From Candidatus Babeliales bacterium (GTDB lineage: Bacteria > Babelota > Babeliae > Babelales > JBFXEV01), in contig JBFXEV010000001.1 of assembly GCA_050179755.1 (NCBI GenBank), forward strand, positions 1,417,994 through 1,481,993: DNA of 64,000 bases. The letters run 5' to 3'. This document shows positions 8,293 to 17,720 of this stretch, one piece after another. The position numbers and the translations under genes were made by a program. Positions within the stretch are counted from its first letter, which is position 1. Each line of letters begins with the position of its first letter. Under the pieces are notes generated by a model. It was not told the DNA's origin, searched no databases, and saw only the letters and a list, made by a program, of their open reading frames with translations.

Positions 8293-10045
8293 GCGGTCCA
8301 TCCTCTTCTTGAGTCACTATTCCATCAAATGCTTGCACTAATTCATGGGCTTTTTGCCATGTTGAGGCGTCAGAAATATCTACTTTTTGTTCATTCTTTT
8401 TCGGTGTTGACGATGTTCTACTCGCACTGGAACCTGCATGAGATTTATATGCTGGTTTTTGCGCTGCTGCTTGCGGCGTTTGACGCACCGGCACTTGAAT
8501 AGTCACCATAGTTTTTGGTGGCTGTGGTGCCGTTTGCATATCAACGGAAAATGCTGGTTGCAATGTTACTTCTTTGCCAAAGGCTTGTTGAAGAAGTGGT
8601 TGCCATAAATGTTGTGCTCCCACAAGCATATCTTGAAACATCTCAAATGATTTTGGAAATGTTACTTGCACCACGTTTGCGTTCGTATCAAATACTTTAT
8701 AATGCCCTTGTGTAAAAATAGAAACTATAAGCGGGTCGTAACCACCCCCTGCAAGGGCTTGCAAAAATAAATCCCACCCAGCATCTTTCTGTGGTGCAAC
8801 GCGAATTGTCTCCGGCACATGCGTTGCAACAACTTGCTCAGGCACTTGTTGAGACTGCATTTCAATGACTGGCTGAACTACTGATGCTGATTGAGTTTGT
8901 GCCGGCATTACAATCTTATTATGCCCAGCTTGATTTGTTTGGTTACCAATATTTGAACAGAGCGTAATGAACATCATTTCAAGCATGCCATGCTGCGCAG
9001 TTGTTTTTGTAAACAATTTTTCTTGCTCATATAACGTACGTAATACTTTAATAAGCATTGCTGAAGAAACTCCTGTTGCACGCACAATGCGCGCGCCTTC
9101 AGCAGCATAACATTGCGCTGGAACATTACATGTGTGCCAAAGTGCTGCACGCAACATTAAAATAAAAGTATGCCAAATAAAGGGTGCAGAATAATGCGCA
9201 AGCGAAAGCTTATCAAGCAAGGTAATAAGCAAAGCAGGCTCACCAAGCAATATGGTACTTATAAGCTCTACTAAGCGCTCATCATCAAGGTGGCCAAGCA
9301 CACGCTGCACGCCTGCTTTATTAACCACGTCGGTGGCAAATCGTACTTGCTCAAGAAGGTTAATGGCATCTCGGCATGAGCCTTCGCTTTCTGCAACAAT
9401 GGCTTGAAGGCCATCAAGCTCATAGGCAATGCTTTCTTGCTTGCAAATTTTTTCTAAATGTTGTTCTAAAATGGTAGTATCAATTGGTGCAAAAAATAAT
9501 CTAAAGCAACGCGAAGTTACCGTTTCAATAATTTTATGAGGATCGGTTGTTGCAAGTAAAAAAATAACCGATGCTGGTGGTTCTTCTAAAATTTTTAGAA
9601 GCGCATTAAAGGCAGCCTTGCTGAGCATATGAGCTTCATCAATTAAATATACCTTATGCGCACCAAGGAGCGGCAAGAATGAAGCTGCCTCTATAATTTG
9701 ACGCACATTGTCTACGCCAGTGTGCGAAGCTGCATCCATTTCTATAACATCGGGATGATTGCCCGCTTGCATTGCGCGGCACGACCCACATGCAAGGCAC
9801 GGCAAAACCTGTTCTTTTGGTTTTGCACGAAATATAGCTAATTTTTGGCAATTGACTGCTGCAGCAAACACACGCGCGGTAGACGTTTTGCCACATCCAC
9901 GCTGACCAGAGAGTAAATAGACAGGAAAAATATGGCCAGAGTAAAGACTGTTTTGAAGCATACTCACCACAAGCGGCTGCCCAACAATTTCTTTGAATGT
10001 CTGCGAGCGCCATTTACGAGCTAAGTTCAATTGACCATGTGCCAT
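8285..10045 (-). CDS. dnaX: DNA polymerase III subunit gamma/tau
   Basis: LARKWRSQTF, GQRGCGKT, EMDAASHTGVD, IDEAHML, LLKILEEPP. Confidence 0.95.
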   Translation of the reverse strand: MAHGQLNLARKWRSQTFKEIVGQPLVVSMLQNSLYSGHIFPVYLLSGQRGCGKTSTARVFAAAVNCQKLAIFRAKPKEQVLPCLACGSCRAMQAGNHPDVIEMDAASHTGVDNVRQIIEAASFLPLLGAHKVYLIDEAHMLSKAAFNALLKILEEPPASVIFLLATTDPHKIIETVTSRCFRLFFAPIDTTILEQHLEKICKQESIAYELDGLQAIVAESEGSCRDAINLLEQVRFATDVVNKAGVQRVLGHLDDERLVELISTILLGEPALLITLLDKLSLAHYSAPFIWHTFILMLRAALWHTCNVPAQCYAAEGARIVRATGVSSAMLIKVLRTLYEQEKLFTKTTAQHGMLEMMFITLCSNIGNQTNQAGHNKIVMPAQTQSASVVQPVIEMQSQQVPEQVVATHVPETIRVAPQKDAGWDLFLQALAGGGYDPLIVSIFTQGHYKVFDTNANVVQVTFPKSFEMFQDMLVGAQHLWQPLLQQAFGKEVTLQPAFSVDMQTAPQPPKTMVTIQVPVRQTPQAAAQKPAYKSHAGSSASRTSSTPKKNEQKVDISDASTWQKAHELVQAFDGIVTQEEDGPHE

Positions 10046-10062
10046 GAGGTACCTAACAAAAC

Positions 10063-10146
10063 GGGAAGCTTATACAAAACAGTGACTACTCCTGCTGCTT
10101 CCTTTCGGACCTGACAGATTAAGCAATATGTTTTTATGAGCTTCCC
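10063..10146 (-). ncRNA. ffs: Small bacterial SRP RNA (4.5S)
   Basis: Conserved helix-8 motif TCAGGTCCGAAAGGAAGCAGC; closing stem GGGAAGCT/AGCTTCCC; TTGCAG-N18-TAGAAT promoter upstream; lies directly upstream of dnaX. Confidence 0.9.
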
Positions 10147-10186
10147 TTATTTTTAATTCTAGAAAGTATATATAGTATACTGCAAT

Positions 10187-10723
10187 TCAGGAAAAAGAGA
10201 ATGATTTTTTTAACAGTGAGCGAGCTCTTTTATAGGGAGCAATTGTATTTACAGTAATCCATTTAGAGAGTGGCCACGCTTTACCAGATTTTAAAGTACA
10301 CCAGGACCAAACACCAACATTATTTAAATTACCCGATGCATATTCTTTTTCTGTGATATCAATAATTTTGGTTATTACTTTTTCAAACTCTTTTATAAAT
10401 CGAGACTTATCCCAATCTGCATATTTATGATAAAAATACTGAGCAATAGCAGTATAATCCCATGTACTAAAACCTTCACCCGGCATTTCCACTGTTACCT
10501 GATTAATACCTGCTACATACCAACCAATTAATAACTTACCCCATCCTATTTGATAAGCCAGAATATCCGCTGCGCTTACAAGGCCACCAGTACCCTGCAT
10601 TTTTTTCTTAAAAAAATCTTTTTCTGGCATCACAATAATTGCACGTACCAACTTTTCATATTCTTTGAGTATCGATTGACTCAAAGGCGAATGTACATTT
10701 ATGAAAGTAAATTTAGTGTGCAT
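10187..10723 (-). CDS. ClbS/DfsB-family (DUF1706) four-helix bundle protein
   Basis: LAYQIGWGKLLIGWY, MPGEGFSTW and WPLSKWITVNTIAPY motifs. Confidence 0.75.
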   Translation of the reverse strand: MHTKFTFINVHSPLSQSILKEYEKLVRAIIVMPEKDFFKKKMQGTGGLVSAADILAYQIGWGKLLIGWYVAGINQVTVEMPGEGFSTWDYTAIAQYFYHKYADWDKSRFIKEFEKVITKIIDITEKEYASGNLNNVGVWSWCTLKSGKAWPLSKWITVNTIAPYKRARSLLKKSFSFS

Positions 10724-10737
10724 AAATAGAGCTTATG

Positions 10738-11232
10738 TTACCCAACTTTTGAAAGCAAATATTCTTTTGTTTTTGCAGCCATACCAGGATAGTTACTAAT
10801 TATGAATGAAACATCTTTATCTCGTTTTACCTGCAATGCCAAAGTAGTAGAAATATACCCTTCTTTCATATAGAATTGAGTAATTTCATCAAATGAATAA
10901 AAGTAATAGGATCTAGCTGTACCAACATAAGGAATACCAAGTGCTTGCGATGCTCGGTGAATACCTTTATTGGTTACTGCAATACAATAACTTTTAGGAA
11001 AATCTTTACCAAATAAAGCACTTACCAGCCCGCACACAGCAGCGCCAAATACTACCATCCAAAAAGACTGTGAACCCCATAAACCTAAAACAACTACAAA
11101 CCCACAAAGGAAACCAACTTTTATTTGATCAAGAATAGATGGCTTCTTCATTGCATGAAAATAACCAATCATTTCCTCACCGGGTTTTAACCGCGGCAAG
11201 ATTAGTTCGTTTTTTATTGTCTTGATGTTCAT
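10738..11232 (-). CDS. Hypothetical membrane protein (two TM segments); start uncertain
   Basis: ORF with a central hydrophobic hairpin; no recognised family. Confidence 0.55.
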   Translation of the reverse strand: MNIKTIKNELILPRLKPGEEMIGYFHAMKKPSILDQIKVGFLCGFVVVLGLWGSQSFWMVVFGAAVCGLVSALFGKDFPKSYCIAVTNKGIHRASQALGIPYVGTARSYYFYSFDEITQFYMKEGYISTTLALQVKRDKDVSFIISNYPGMAAKTKEYLLSKVG

Positions 11233-11418
11233 AATTTTTTCTTTGTCTTTGTTATTGTTTATTTGTGTAAATGGCTGCCCTTCGTTGAACTGTAGCTCGT
11301 CTTTATTAACGCAAATTCGGGCAGTCTTTGCTCTTTCCATAGAAAGTTACCTTCATTATAAAGTAAACTTCCTTGAAGAAGACTGGTTTACCAGAATTTG
11401 CGACGCATGAGCAAAGAC

Positions 11419-11510
11419 TGGTGGAGAGAGAGGGATTCGAACCCTCGATACCTTTTTCAAAGTATACACGATTTCCAATCGTGCTCCTTCAACCACTCGG
11501 ACATCTCTCC
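11419..11510 (-). tRNA. tRNA-Ser(GGA), CCA encoded
   Basis: GGAGAGA/TCTCTCC acceptor stem, anticodon arm CACGA-TTGGAAA-TCGTG, long variable arm, GAGGG-TTCGAAT-CCCTC T-arm. Confidence 0.97.
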
Positions 11511-11511
11511 C

Positions 11512-11542
11512 ATAAAAAATGGGTTGAGAAAATCTCAACCCA
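11512..11542 (-). terminator. Putative rpsB terminator
   Basis: Perfect 10-bp stem TGGGTTGAGA/TCTCAACCCA followed by a T-run on the minus strand. Confidence 0.6.
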
Positions 11543-11568
11543 CCCCTAATTTCAAATCAAAATTTAAT

Positions 11569-12591
11569 TTAAGCTTTCGCTTTAGCAGATTTTGTTGCTG
11601 GTTTTTTAGCTTTTGCAGCAGGCGTTGCCTTTTTAGGCGCAACTTTTTTAGGCGCTGCAGTTTTAGCTGTTTCTTTTTTTACTGGTTCAGCAGCTTGCGC
11701 AACTTCTACCACTTCTTTAACAACTTCTTTTTTTGCTGCTTTTGCTTCTGCTGGTTTTACTTTAACTTCAACCTTTGATTTTTCGGTTGTTTCTTTTGCA
11801 GAGGCAGACTCTTCTTTAGCTTCAGGAGCTTGCGCTTGAGATTTAGCAAGTTTTGCTGCTTCCTGTTTTTTAAGAGCTTCTGCTTCACGAGCTTTTGCAC
11901 GTTCTTGGGATGCTTTTTGAACACCACGACCAGCTGCATCAGCTAAATAATCTGTTACAATATTAATAGAGCTTACTGCATCGTCGTTACAAGGCACAAC
12001 AAATTGAATGCCTGATGGATCACCATTAGTATCAATAAGTGCAACTACTGGTACGCCTTCATTTAAAGCTTCTTTAATAGCAGCTTTTTCTTTCATAACG
12101 TCCACAACCACTAATGCGCCAACAGGAAGGCGTAACGCGCGAATACCGCCAATATTATTTTGCAATTTTGAAGCAATTTTAGAGAATCTATTTAATTCTT
12201 TTTTAGTATATCGCTCACGATCTGCTTTTTCTAAAATATCTTCATAATGAAGCATTTTGGTAACAGATTTTTTAACTTGAGGGAAATTTGTTAAAGAACC
12301 ACCAATCCAACGATGTACCACATAGGGTGATTCAAGTTTTTGTGCAACTTCAGCAATTTTTGCTTGAGCAGGTTTTTTAGTACCTACCCAAAGAATTGTT
12401 TTGCCTTCACCTGCTACTTTTTCTAGAAACTGTGCCGCTTGCTCAAGGAGTACGGCTGTTTTAGAAACATTAATAAGATGAATATTGTTCTTGGTACCCC
12501 AAATAAATGGGGCCATACGCGGATTCCATTTAGTGGTACGGTGACCAAAATGCACCCGAGCTTTAACTAAATCTTTAATGTCAATTGACAT
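11569..12591 (-). CDS. rpsB: 30S ribosomal protein S2 with a long Ala/Lys/Glu-rich C-terminal tail
   Basis: VHFGHRTTKWNPRM, VGTKK, RWIGGSLTNF, IDTNGDP, PCNDDA. Confidence 0.97.
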   Translation of the reverse strand: MSIDIKDLVKARVHFGHRTTKWNPRMAPFIWGTKNNIHLINVSKTAVLLEQAAQFLEKVAGEGKTILWVGTKKPAQAKIAEVAQKLESPYVVHRWIGGSLTNFPQVKKSVTKMLHYEDILEKADRERYTKKELNRFSKIASKLQNNIGGIRALRLPVGALVVVDVMKEKAAIKEALNEGVPVVALIDTNGDPSGIQFVVPCNDDAVSSINIVTDYLADAAGRGVQKASQERAKAREAEALKKQEAAKLAKSQAQAPEAKEESASAKETTEKSKVEVKVKPAEAKAAKKEVVKEVVEVAQAAEPVKKETAKTAAPKKVAPKKATPAAKAKKPATKSAKAKA

Positions 12592-12603
12592 AATATACCT
12601 TTC

Positions 12604-12674
12604 TGGGTTATTTCCATTGTATGCCGGTACAAGATACTTAGTACCTTTTAACCACCCACATAAGGCATACAAGC
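12604..12674 (-). promoter_or_regulatory. Putative S2 autoregulatory leader (t44/rpsB leader-like)
   Basis: Stem TTGTATGCC/GGCATACAA enclosing GGGTGG and an inner GGTAC/GTACC hairpin, followed by TGGAAATAACCC just before the RBS. Confidence 0.5.
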
Positions 12675-12729
12675 GTTTATATAATACTTTTTTAGTATAG
12701 CAAATACTGCTTAATTAACAATCCAATTT

Positions 12730-14151
12730 TTAACTAACATGCCCATGCTCTTGGACTTCTCCACCAATCGCCTCTTTATTTTTTATAGCCTGATCAAAGC
12801 GTTTGCCCATCAAATACGCAGTAAGGGTCCACAAAGCAGTAATAACTGCAAAAACTGCCACAAAGAACGGAAAGACAAACACTGGATACACTCGCTCTAT
12901 AATACCTGCAAGCACATTAAACCCAGAACCAGTACCCTTAGAAAGCTTTGAGCCGAAGGCATCAATCCACGATTTGGATTTAAACTTCATTTCTTTTACC
13001 GTTGGGATATAAAGGCTTTCTCGTACCGGCAATGCAAATGCATAGTTAATTGAACGTAAGAATACAAAAGCAAGCATTATTGACCAGGATGAATAGCTCA
13101 TTAAGAAAACTGTTAAAACAACACCGGTCAAAATAGGAATAAGTAATAAGCAAATTCTCTCACCAAATCTACTCATCATATAGCTCGTGCCAAGCAATGA
13201 AATAAATAATCCTGCCAGATGCATCCATAAATCAAGCTGCAAGAGGAATGAACTTACTTCGGTAAGTCCTTTGGCGCTATCCTGTGCTATACATAAACTT
13301 TGATAGCTTAAAATAGTAGTCACCACTTCATAGAAAAACACCATACCAAAAATGCCAAATAAATACGGCCATTTTAAAAACATGGTCAATCCATCAAATA
13401 TCCCGGGTTTTTCTTCGTGATGTTCTTTACGCTCTTTCTCAAATTGATAGACCGCCTCATAACCATGGAGATATTGCTTGGGCACTTTTCTATTAAGTAT
13501 GTATATAAGTACCGGAATACAAAGTACAGACCCGGCAGATGCTATAAGCAATATCTGATGATTTACTACATCCGAATATAATTGCGAGCCAGTGCTAGTA
13601 GTCAATTGCAAGAAGAGCCACGAAAGCCCTGCAGCCACTATGCCGCCCAACTTGGAACTTGCAATCATGATGCCGTAATGTTTCTTTGCCGATGTTGGAC
13701 TATTAACTGAGTTAACATATGCCCAAAAAACACTTAATACAAAAGGAGAATATCCTTCAAGTAAAAAATAAAATATCCAGCCAAATATACGATAGGGGCT
13801 CGTATCAGTATTTGCAAGCCCATTTTCTGGATTACCAATATAAAAGGCACTCAAAAGCAATGCTAAGCCAAAAAAGGCACTATATATCATTAATAATTGA
13901 TAGCGACGAACGTTATCTACAAGATAAGCATAAAAAAGAAGTGCAGGAACTAAGATAAAAATTGCGGCTATTTTGGCAATGGGAATATACTCTTTACCAA
14001 CTACGCCTATAAAAATGGAATTTTTCATATTTCTAACCAGCGTGTACGTCACGATAACTAGAAAATAAACTACAGATAAGATGAGTACTTTAATTGCTTC
14101 ATAACGCCCTGCTTCTCCTGATTTAAACAACGCCCGCAACCCAAACGCCAT
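12730..14151 (-). CDS. NTT/TLC-family nucleotide (ATP/ADP-type) transporter
   Basis: About 12 TM segments; YTLVRNMKNSIF, SVFWAYVN, AKKHYG, RESLYIPT..KFKSKSWIDAFGSK. Confidence 0.85.
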   Translation of the reverse strand: MAFGLRALFKSGEAGRYEAIKVLILSVVYFLVIVTYTLVRNMKNSIFIGVVGKEYIPIAKIAAIFILVPALLFYAYLVDNVRRYQLLMIYSAFFGLALLLSAFYIGNPENGLANTDTSPYRIFGWIFYFLLEGYSPFVLSVFWAYVNSVNSPTSAKKHYGIMIASSKLGGIVAAGLSWLFLQLTTSTGSQLYSDVVNHQILLIASAGSVLCIPVLIYILNRKVPKQYLHGYEAVYQFEKERKEHHEEKPGIFDGLTMFLKWPYLFGIFGMVFFYEVVTTILSYQSLCIAQDSAKGLTEVSSFLLQLDLWMHLAGLFISLLGTSYMMSRFGERICLLLIPILTGVVLTVFLMSYSSWSIMLAFVFLRSINYAFALPVRESLYIPTVKEMKFKSKSWIDAFGSKLSKGTGSGFNVLAGIIERVYPVFVFPFFVAVFAVITALWTLTAYLMGKRFDQAIKNKEAIGGEVQEHGHVS

Positions 14152-14596
14152 GTTATCCCCTGCATTGAACACCTATGGTCATTTTTACAAAGCCATAGGT
14201 AATTTACTACTAACAACTATTTTTGGCCTAGTCTCTGACTTATCAAGAGTCACCCGCCGCGCGCAGCGCTAAGGCGTAGTGTCACGCCATTACACCTTTG
14301 GGTGAAGGCGAACACTTGAGAACGATTATAACAGACAATTGGAAATTTGTATAAATTTTTTACGTAAAAAAAAGCATCCTATGCTCCTTGGCCTCTGCCG
14401 CGACCAATTCTGCCTGAATTTTTATGGGCAAAGGAGCAGCTTATCTGAAGCAGGCCAGCTAATGTACCGCCAAATATTCAATTTTACTAATCCAAAGCCT
14501 TTTGCTACACTAAGTCTAGGTTATTCGCATAAATTTGCTCCTCGTTTTTACCCGATTTTAGACTAAAAAAGTACCAAAGCAGGAATATAAAAGAAC

Positions 14597-17089
14597 ATGA
14601 CGATTGAAGAACAAGCTATTACACCAGAGATAGAAACGCTGGACCAAGGGCCAGATGAGGGTTTTTTGCCCTTATTACCCCTTAAAAACGTCATTATCTT
14701 ACCCAAAAGCGTTTTGCCTATCGTAGTAGGCCGTCCACAATCTATTAAAGCAGTTCAGTATGCCTTAAAGCATAACAAAACTCTCTTTATTTCCACGCAG
14801 AAAAACGTTGATGTTGAGCACCCTACCGGCGAAGATGTTTTCGAATATGGAACACGCGCGATAATTCTAGACGTGGTAGCCAATGACGGCCATCATACCG
14901 ATACCTCGCATACGCCCAAAAATGGTTATAAAATTCTTGTAGAGGGTCTTGAAAGAGGCATTATTGAGCGCCATGAACCACGCGAAGGTTTTCTTGGCGT
15001 TTATTACCGCGCTTTGCCTACAATGCCAACCGAAAAAACTATAGAAATTGAAGCATTATGGCGACATCTTAAAACGCTCTATGCTCAATATGTTAATTTA
15101 AGCTTGGCACGTAAAGAAAAAGTTCCTGCCGACTTAATGACTAATGCAAACTCTCTTGAAGAAATTGATACTATTGCCGATACCTTGGCAATTCACATAA
15201 ATTTGAATTTTGATCAACGCCTTGAATTCTTAAAAACTCCTGACGTAAAAGAGCGATTGGTTATGCTCACCCGTATTTTAAGCAAAGAAGTGGAGATCAT
15301 GGAAACTGATCGCCGTATTCAAAGCCGCGTGCAAAGCCAGGTTGAGAAAAGCCAAAAGGAATATTACCTTACCGAGCAAATAAAAGCTATTCAGAAAGAG
15401 TTAGGCCGAGAAGATCAGCAAGGTGAAATTACCTTACTTCGTAAAAAAGCAAAAAAATTAGGCTTGCCTGCCGATGCCATGGAAAAAGTGGAAAAAGAAC
15501 TTAAACGGCTTGAGCAAATGCCGCCTCTTTCGTCTGAAGCCAGTGTTTCTCGTAATTATGTAGATTGGATACTGGCGCTTCCTTGGAGTAAAGCAAGCAA
15601 AGATACCATCAGCATGAAGCAAGCTGAAAAAATATTAGAAGAAAGCCATGCTGGCCTTGAAAAACCCAAAGAACGTATTATTGAATTCTTGGCAGCAAAA
15701 AAATTCTCCAAAACGTTTAAGCGATCTCCCATCATCTGCTTGGTTGGCCCTCCCGGCGTTGGTAAAACGTCACTGGGTAAGTCAATCGCCGAAAGTATGG
15801 GGCGTGAATTCGTGCGTATTTCACTTGGTGGCGTGCGCGACGAAGCAGAAATTCGTGGTCATCGCAGAACGTATATTGGTGCATTGCCAGGTAAAATAAT
15901 ACAGGCTATGCGCAAAGCAAAAACAACTAACCCCGTTATTTTGCTTGATGAAATTGATAAAATGTCGCGTGATATTCATGGTGATCCGGCAGCGGCTTTA
16001 CTTGAAGTGCTAGACCCGGAACAAAATCACACGTTCACTGATCACTTTTTAGAAACAGAATATGATTTATCAAACGTTATGTTTGTGGCAACTGCCAATA
16101 GCATAGATGGTATTCCCTATGCGCTCTTTGATCGGATGGAACTTATCACGCTGTCTGGATACACTGATTATGAGAAGGTACAAATTACCCGTAAGTTCTT
16201 AGTTCCTAAAAATCTTAAAGAACATAGTCTTACTGCTCGCCAATTTAAAATTCCTGATGACATTATACGGAAATTAATCAGTGAATACACCAGAGAATCA
16301 GGAGTTCGTCAGCTAGATCGCGTGGTTGCAAAACTAATGCGTAAAGCAATTCAACTGCTGCTTAAAGAACCTGATTTGAAATCCGTTACTATCTCTGAAG
16401 AATTGGTACAAAAATGGCTTGGCTATCCTAAATTCAAAAAAACATCACTTGGTCAAAGTCAAGATCGCATTGGTATTGCCATTGGCCTTGCATGGACAGA
16501 GGTTGGCGGCGACGTACTTGAAATTGAAACATCAATAATTCCTGGCAAAGGCGGCTTAATGCTCACCGGGCAACTTGGTGAAGTAATGCAAGAATCCGCA
16601 CAAGCTGCGTTAAGTTATATTCGTTCTCGCGCAAGCCAATTAGGACTCAAAACATCGTTTAATACTACAAACGATATTCATGTGCATATTCCTGAAGGAT
16701 CCACACCAAAAGATGGTCCATCGGCGGGTATTACCATGTGTACTGCATTAATTTCTGCTTTGACCAAAAATCCAACGCGGCCTGAAGTTGCTATGACCGG
16801 TGAAATAACATTACGCGGTAGAGTGCTTGCAATTGGCGGCCTTAAGGAAAAATTGCTTGCAGCAAAACAACATGGTTTTAAAACAATCATTGTGCCGCTT
16901 GAAAATCGCGACGACATAGAAGAGCTTACTGAAGAAGTAAAAAAAGACTTAGATATTAAGTTTGTAGCCCATATGGATGAAGTGCTCAAATATGCACTTG
17001 AGCAAGACCCTTTTGCCAAAGGTGCTCAAAAGAAAGCACAGAAAAAAACAAAAACTGGCTCCAAAAAGAAGACTTCAAAAGCTACGTAA
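14597..17089 (+). CDS. lon: Lon protease
   Basis: LPLLPL N-domain, GPPGVGKT, RGHRRTYIGALPG, PKDGPSAG, GGLKEK. Confidence 0.98.
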   Translation: MTIEEQAITPEIETLDQGPDEGFLPLLPLKNVIILPKSVLPIVVGRPQSIKAVQYALKHNKTLFISTQKNVDVEHPTGEDVFEYGTRAIILDVVANDGHHTDTSHTPKNGYKILVEGLERGIIERHEPREGFLGVYYRALPTMPTEKTIEIEALWRHLKTLYAQYVNLSLARKEKVPADLMTNANSLEEIDTIADTLAIHINLNFDQRLEFLKTPDVKERLVMLTRILSKEVEIMETDRRIQSRVQSQVEKSQKEYYLTEQIKAIQKELGREDQQGEITLLRKKAKKLGLPADAMEKVEKELKRLEQMPPLSSEASVSRNYVDWILALPWSKASKDTISMKQAEKILEESHAGLEKPKERIIEFLAAKKFSKTFKRSPIICLVGPPGVGKTSLGKSIAESMGREFVRISLGGVRDEAEIRGHRRTYIGALPGKIIQAMRKAKTTNPVILLDEIDKMSRDIHGDPAAALLEVLDPEQNHTFTDHFLETEYDLSNVMFVATANSIDGIPYALFDRMELITLSGYTDYEKVQITRKFLVPKNLKEHSLTARQFKIPDDIIRKLISEYTRESGVRQLDRVVAKLMRKAIQLLLKEPDLKSVTISEELVQKWLGYPKFKKTSLGQSQDRIGIAIGLAWTEVGGDVLEIETSIIPGKGGLMLTGQLGEVMQESAQAALSYIRSRASQLGLKTSFNTTNDIHVHIPEGSTPKDGPSAGITMCTALISALTKNPTRPEVAMTGEITLRGRVLAIGGLKEKLLAAKQHGFKTIIVPLENRDDIEELTEEVKKDLDIKFVAHMDEVLKYALEQDPFAKGAQKKAQKKTKTGSKKKTSKAT

Positions 17090-17091
17090 GA

Positions 17092-17652
17092 TTAGCGATA
17101 ATGTGTTGGCTGGCGTTTTTGTGGTCCCCATTCATAGGAACCTGCAACAGCGCCTTTGCTACGCAAATAATCAGCAACTCGCTTTGATTGATCAAAGTCT
17201 TTACCCCATTTGAGTACAGGCCAACCTTTGCTCATAGCATTAACGTCTGCATCAAGTTCTTCTACAAAATATTTAATAACACGCATATCGCCGCTTAATG
17301 CCGCATACATAAGTGGTGTTTCAAGAAGAGGGTTAACATAGTGCGGACTTGCGCCGCGGTCAACCAAATAACGCGTTAATTTATAGGATCCCGTACGTGC
17401 CGCATACATAAGCAAGGAAAGGCCAGTTCCCCTATCAACATAATCAGGGTCTAGTCCCTCATTTTCAATAGCAATTTTGGTTATATTAAAAACTTCATCC
17501 TCAGTTCTCATTTTTGATTGACTTGCAAGACCATCAATTGCCTTAATTACCCGCCGAGCAACATCATCTTGACGCGCTGGCCATGCATAACGCACAATCG
17601 ATAAGGCAATAACAAACGCAATAAACCCTATAACAATACGATAAACATTCAT
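17092..17652 (-). CDS. Ankyrin-repeat protein with N-terminal TM/signal segment
   Basis: GLSLLMYAA..G...LVDRGA, ETPLMYAA..G, ADVNA; AAGGA RBS before ATG 17652. Confidence 0.85.
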   Translation of the reverse strand: MNVYRIVIGFIAFVIALSIVRYAWPARQDDVARRVIKAIDGLASQSKMRTEDEVFNITKIAIENEGLDPDYVDRGTGLSLLMYAARTGSYKLTRYLVDRGASPHYVNPLLETPLMYAALSGDMRVIKYFVEELDADVNAMSKGWPVLKWGKDFDQSKRVADYLRSKGAVAGSYEWGPQKRQPTHYR

Positions 17653-17720
17653 ATGCTTCCTTACTGATATCCCCACTCTCTATTTGTATTATAGCGCAAG
17701 TAAAGGGTTTTTTTCAAGAA

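Noticed and set aside
11419..11423. tRNA-Ser discriminator A73 instead of the usual G73
   Set aside because: Real in the sequence, but bacterial SerRS relies mainly on the long variable arm; too weak to call a finding
11356..11778. ORFs 11356-11538 and 11398-11778
   Set aside because: They overlap tRNA-Ser or are antisense to the low-complexity rpsB tail
14239..14320. SAM-I riboswitch (CTTATCAAGAG start), fluoride riboswitch or 6S RNA (GTGTTCGCC)
   Set aside because: SAM-I core motifs (GAGGGA.TGGCCC, GCAACC) are missing, there is no upstream GGCGATG for a fluoride switch, and no ~180-nt rod with a closing stem for 6S
14339..14566. 75-aa ORF upstream of lon
   Set aside because: TTG start, no RBS, no recognisable motif; lies in a divergent promoter region
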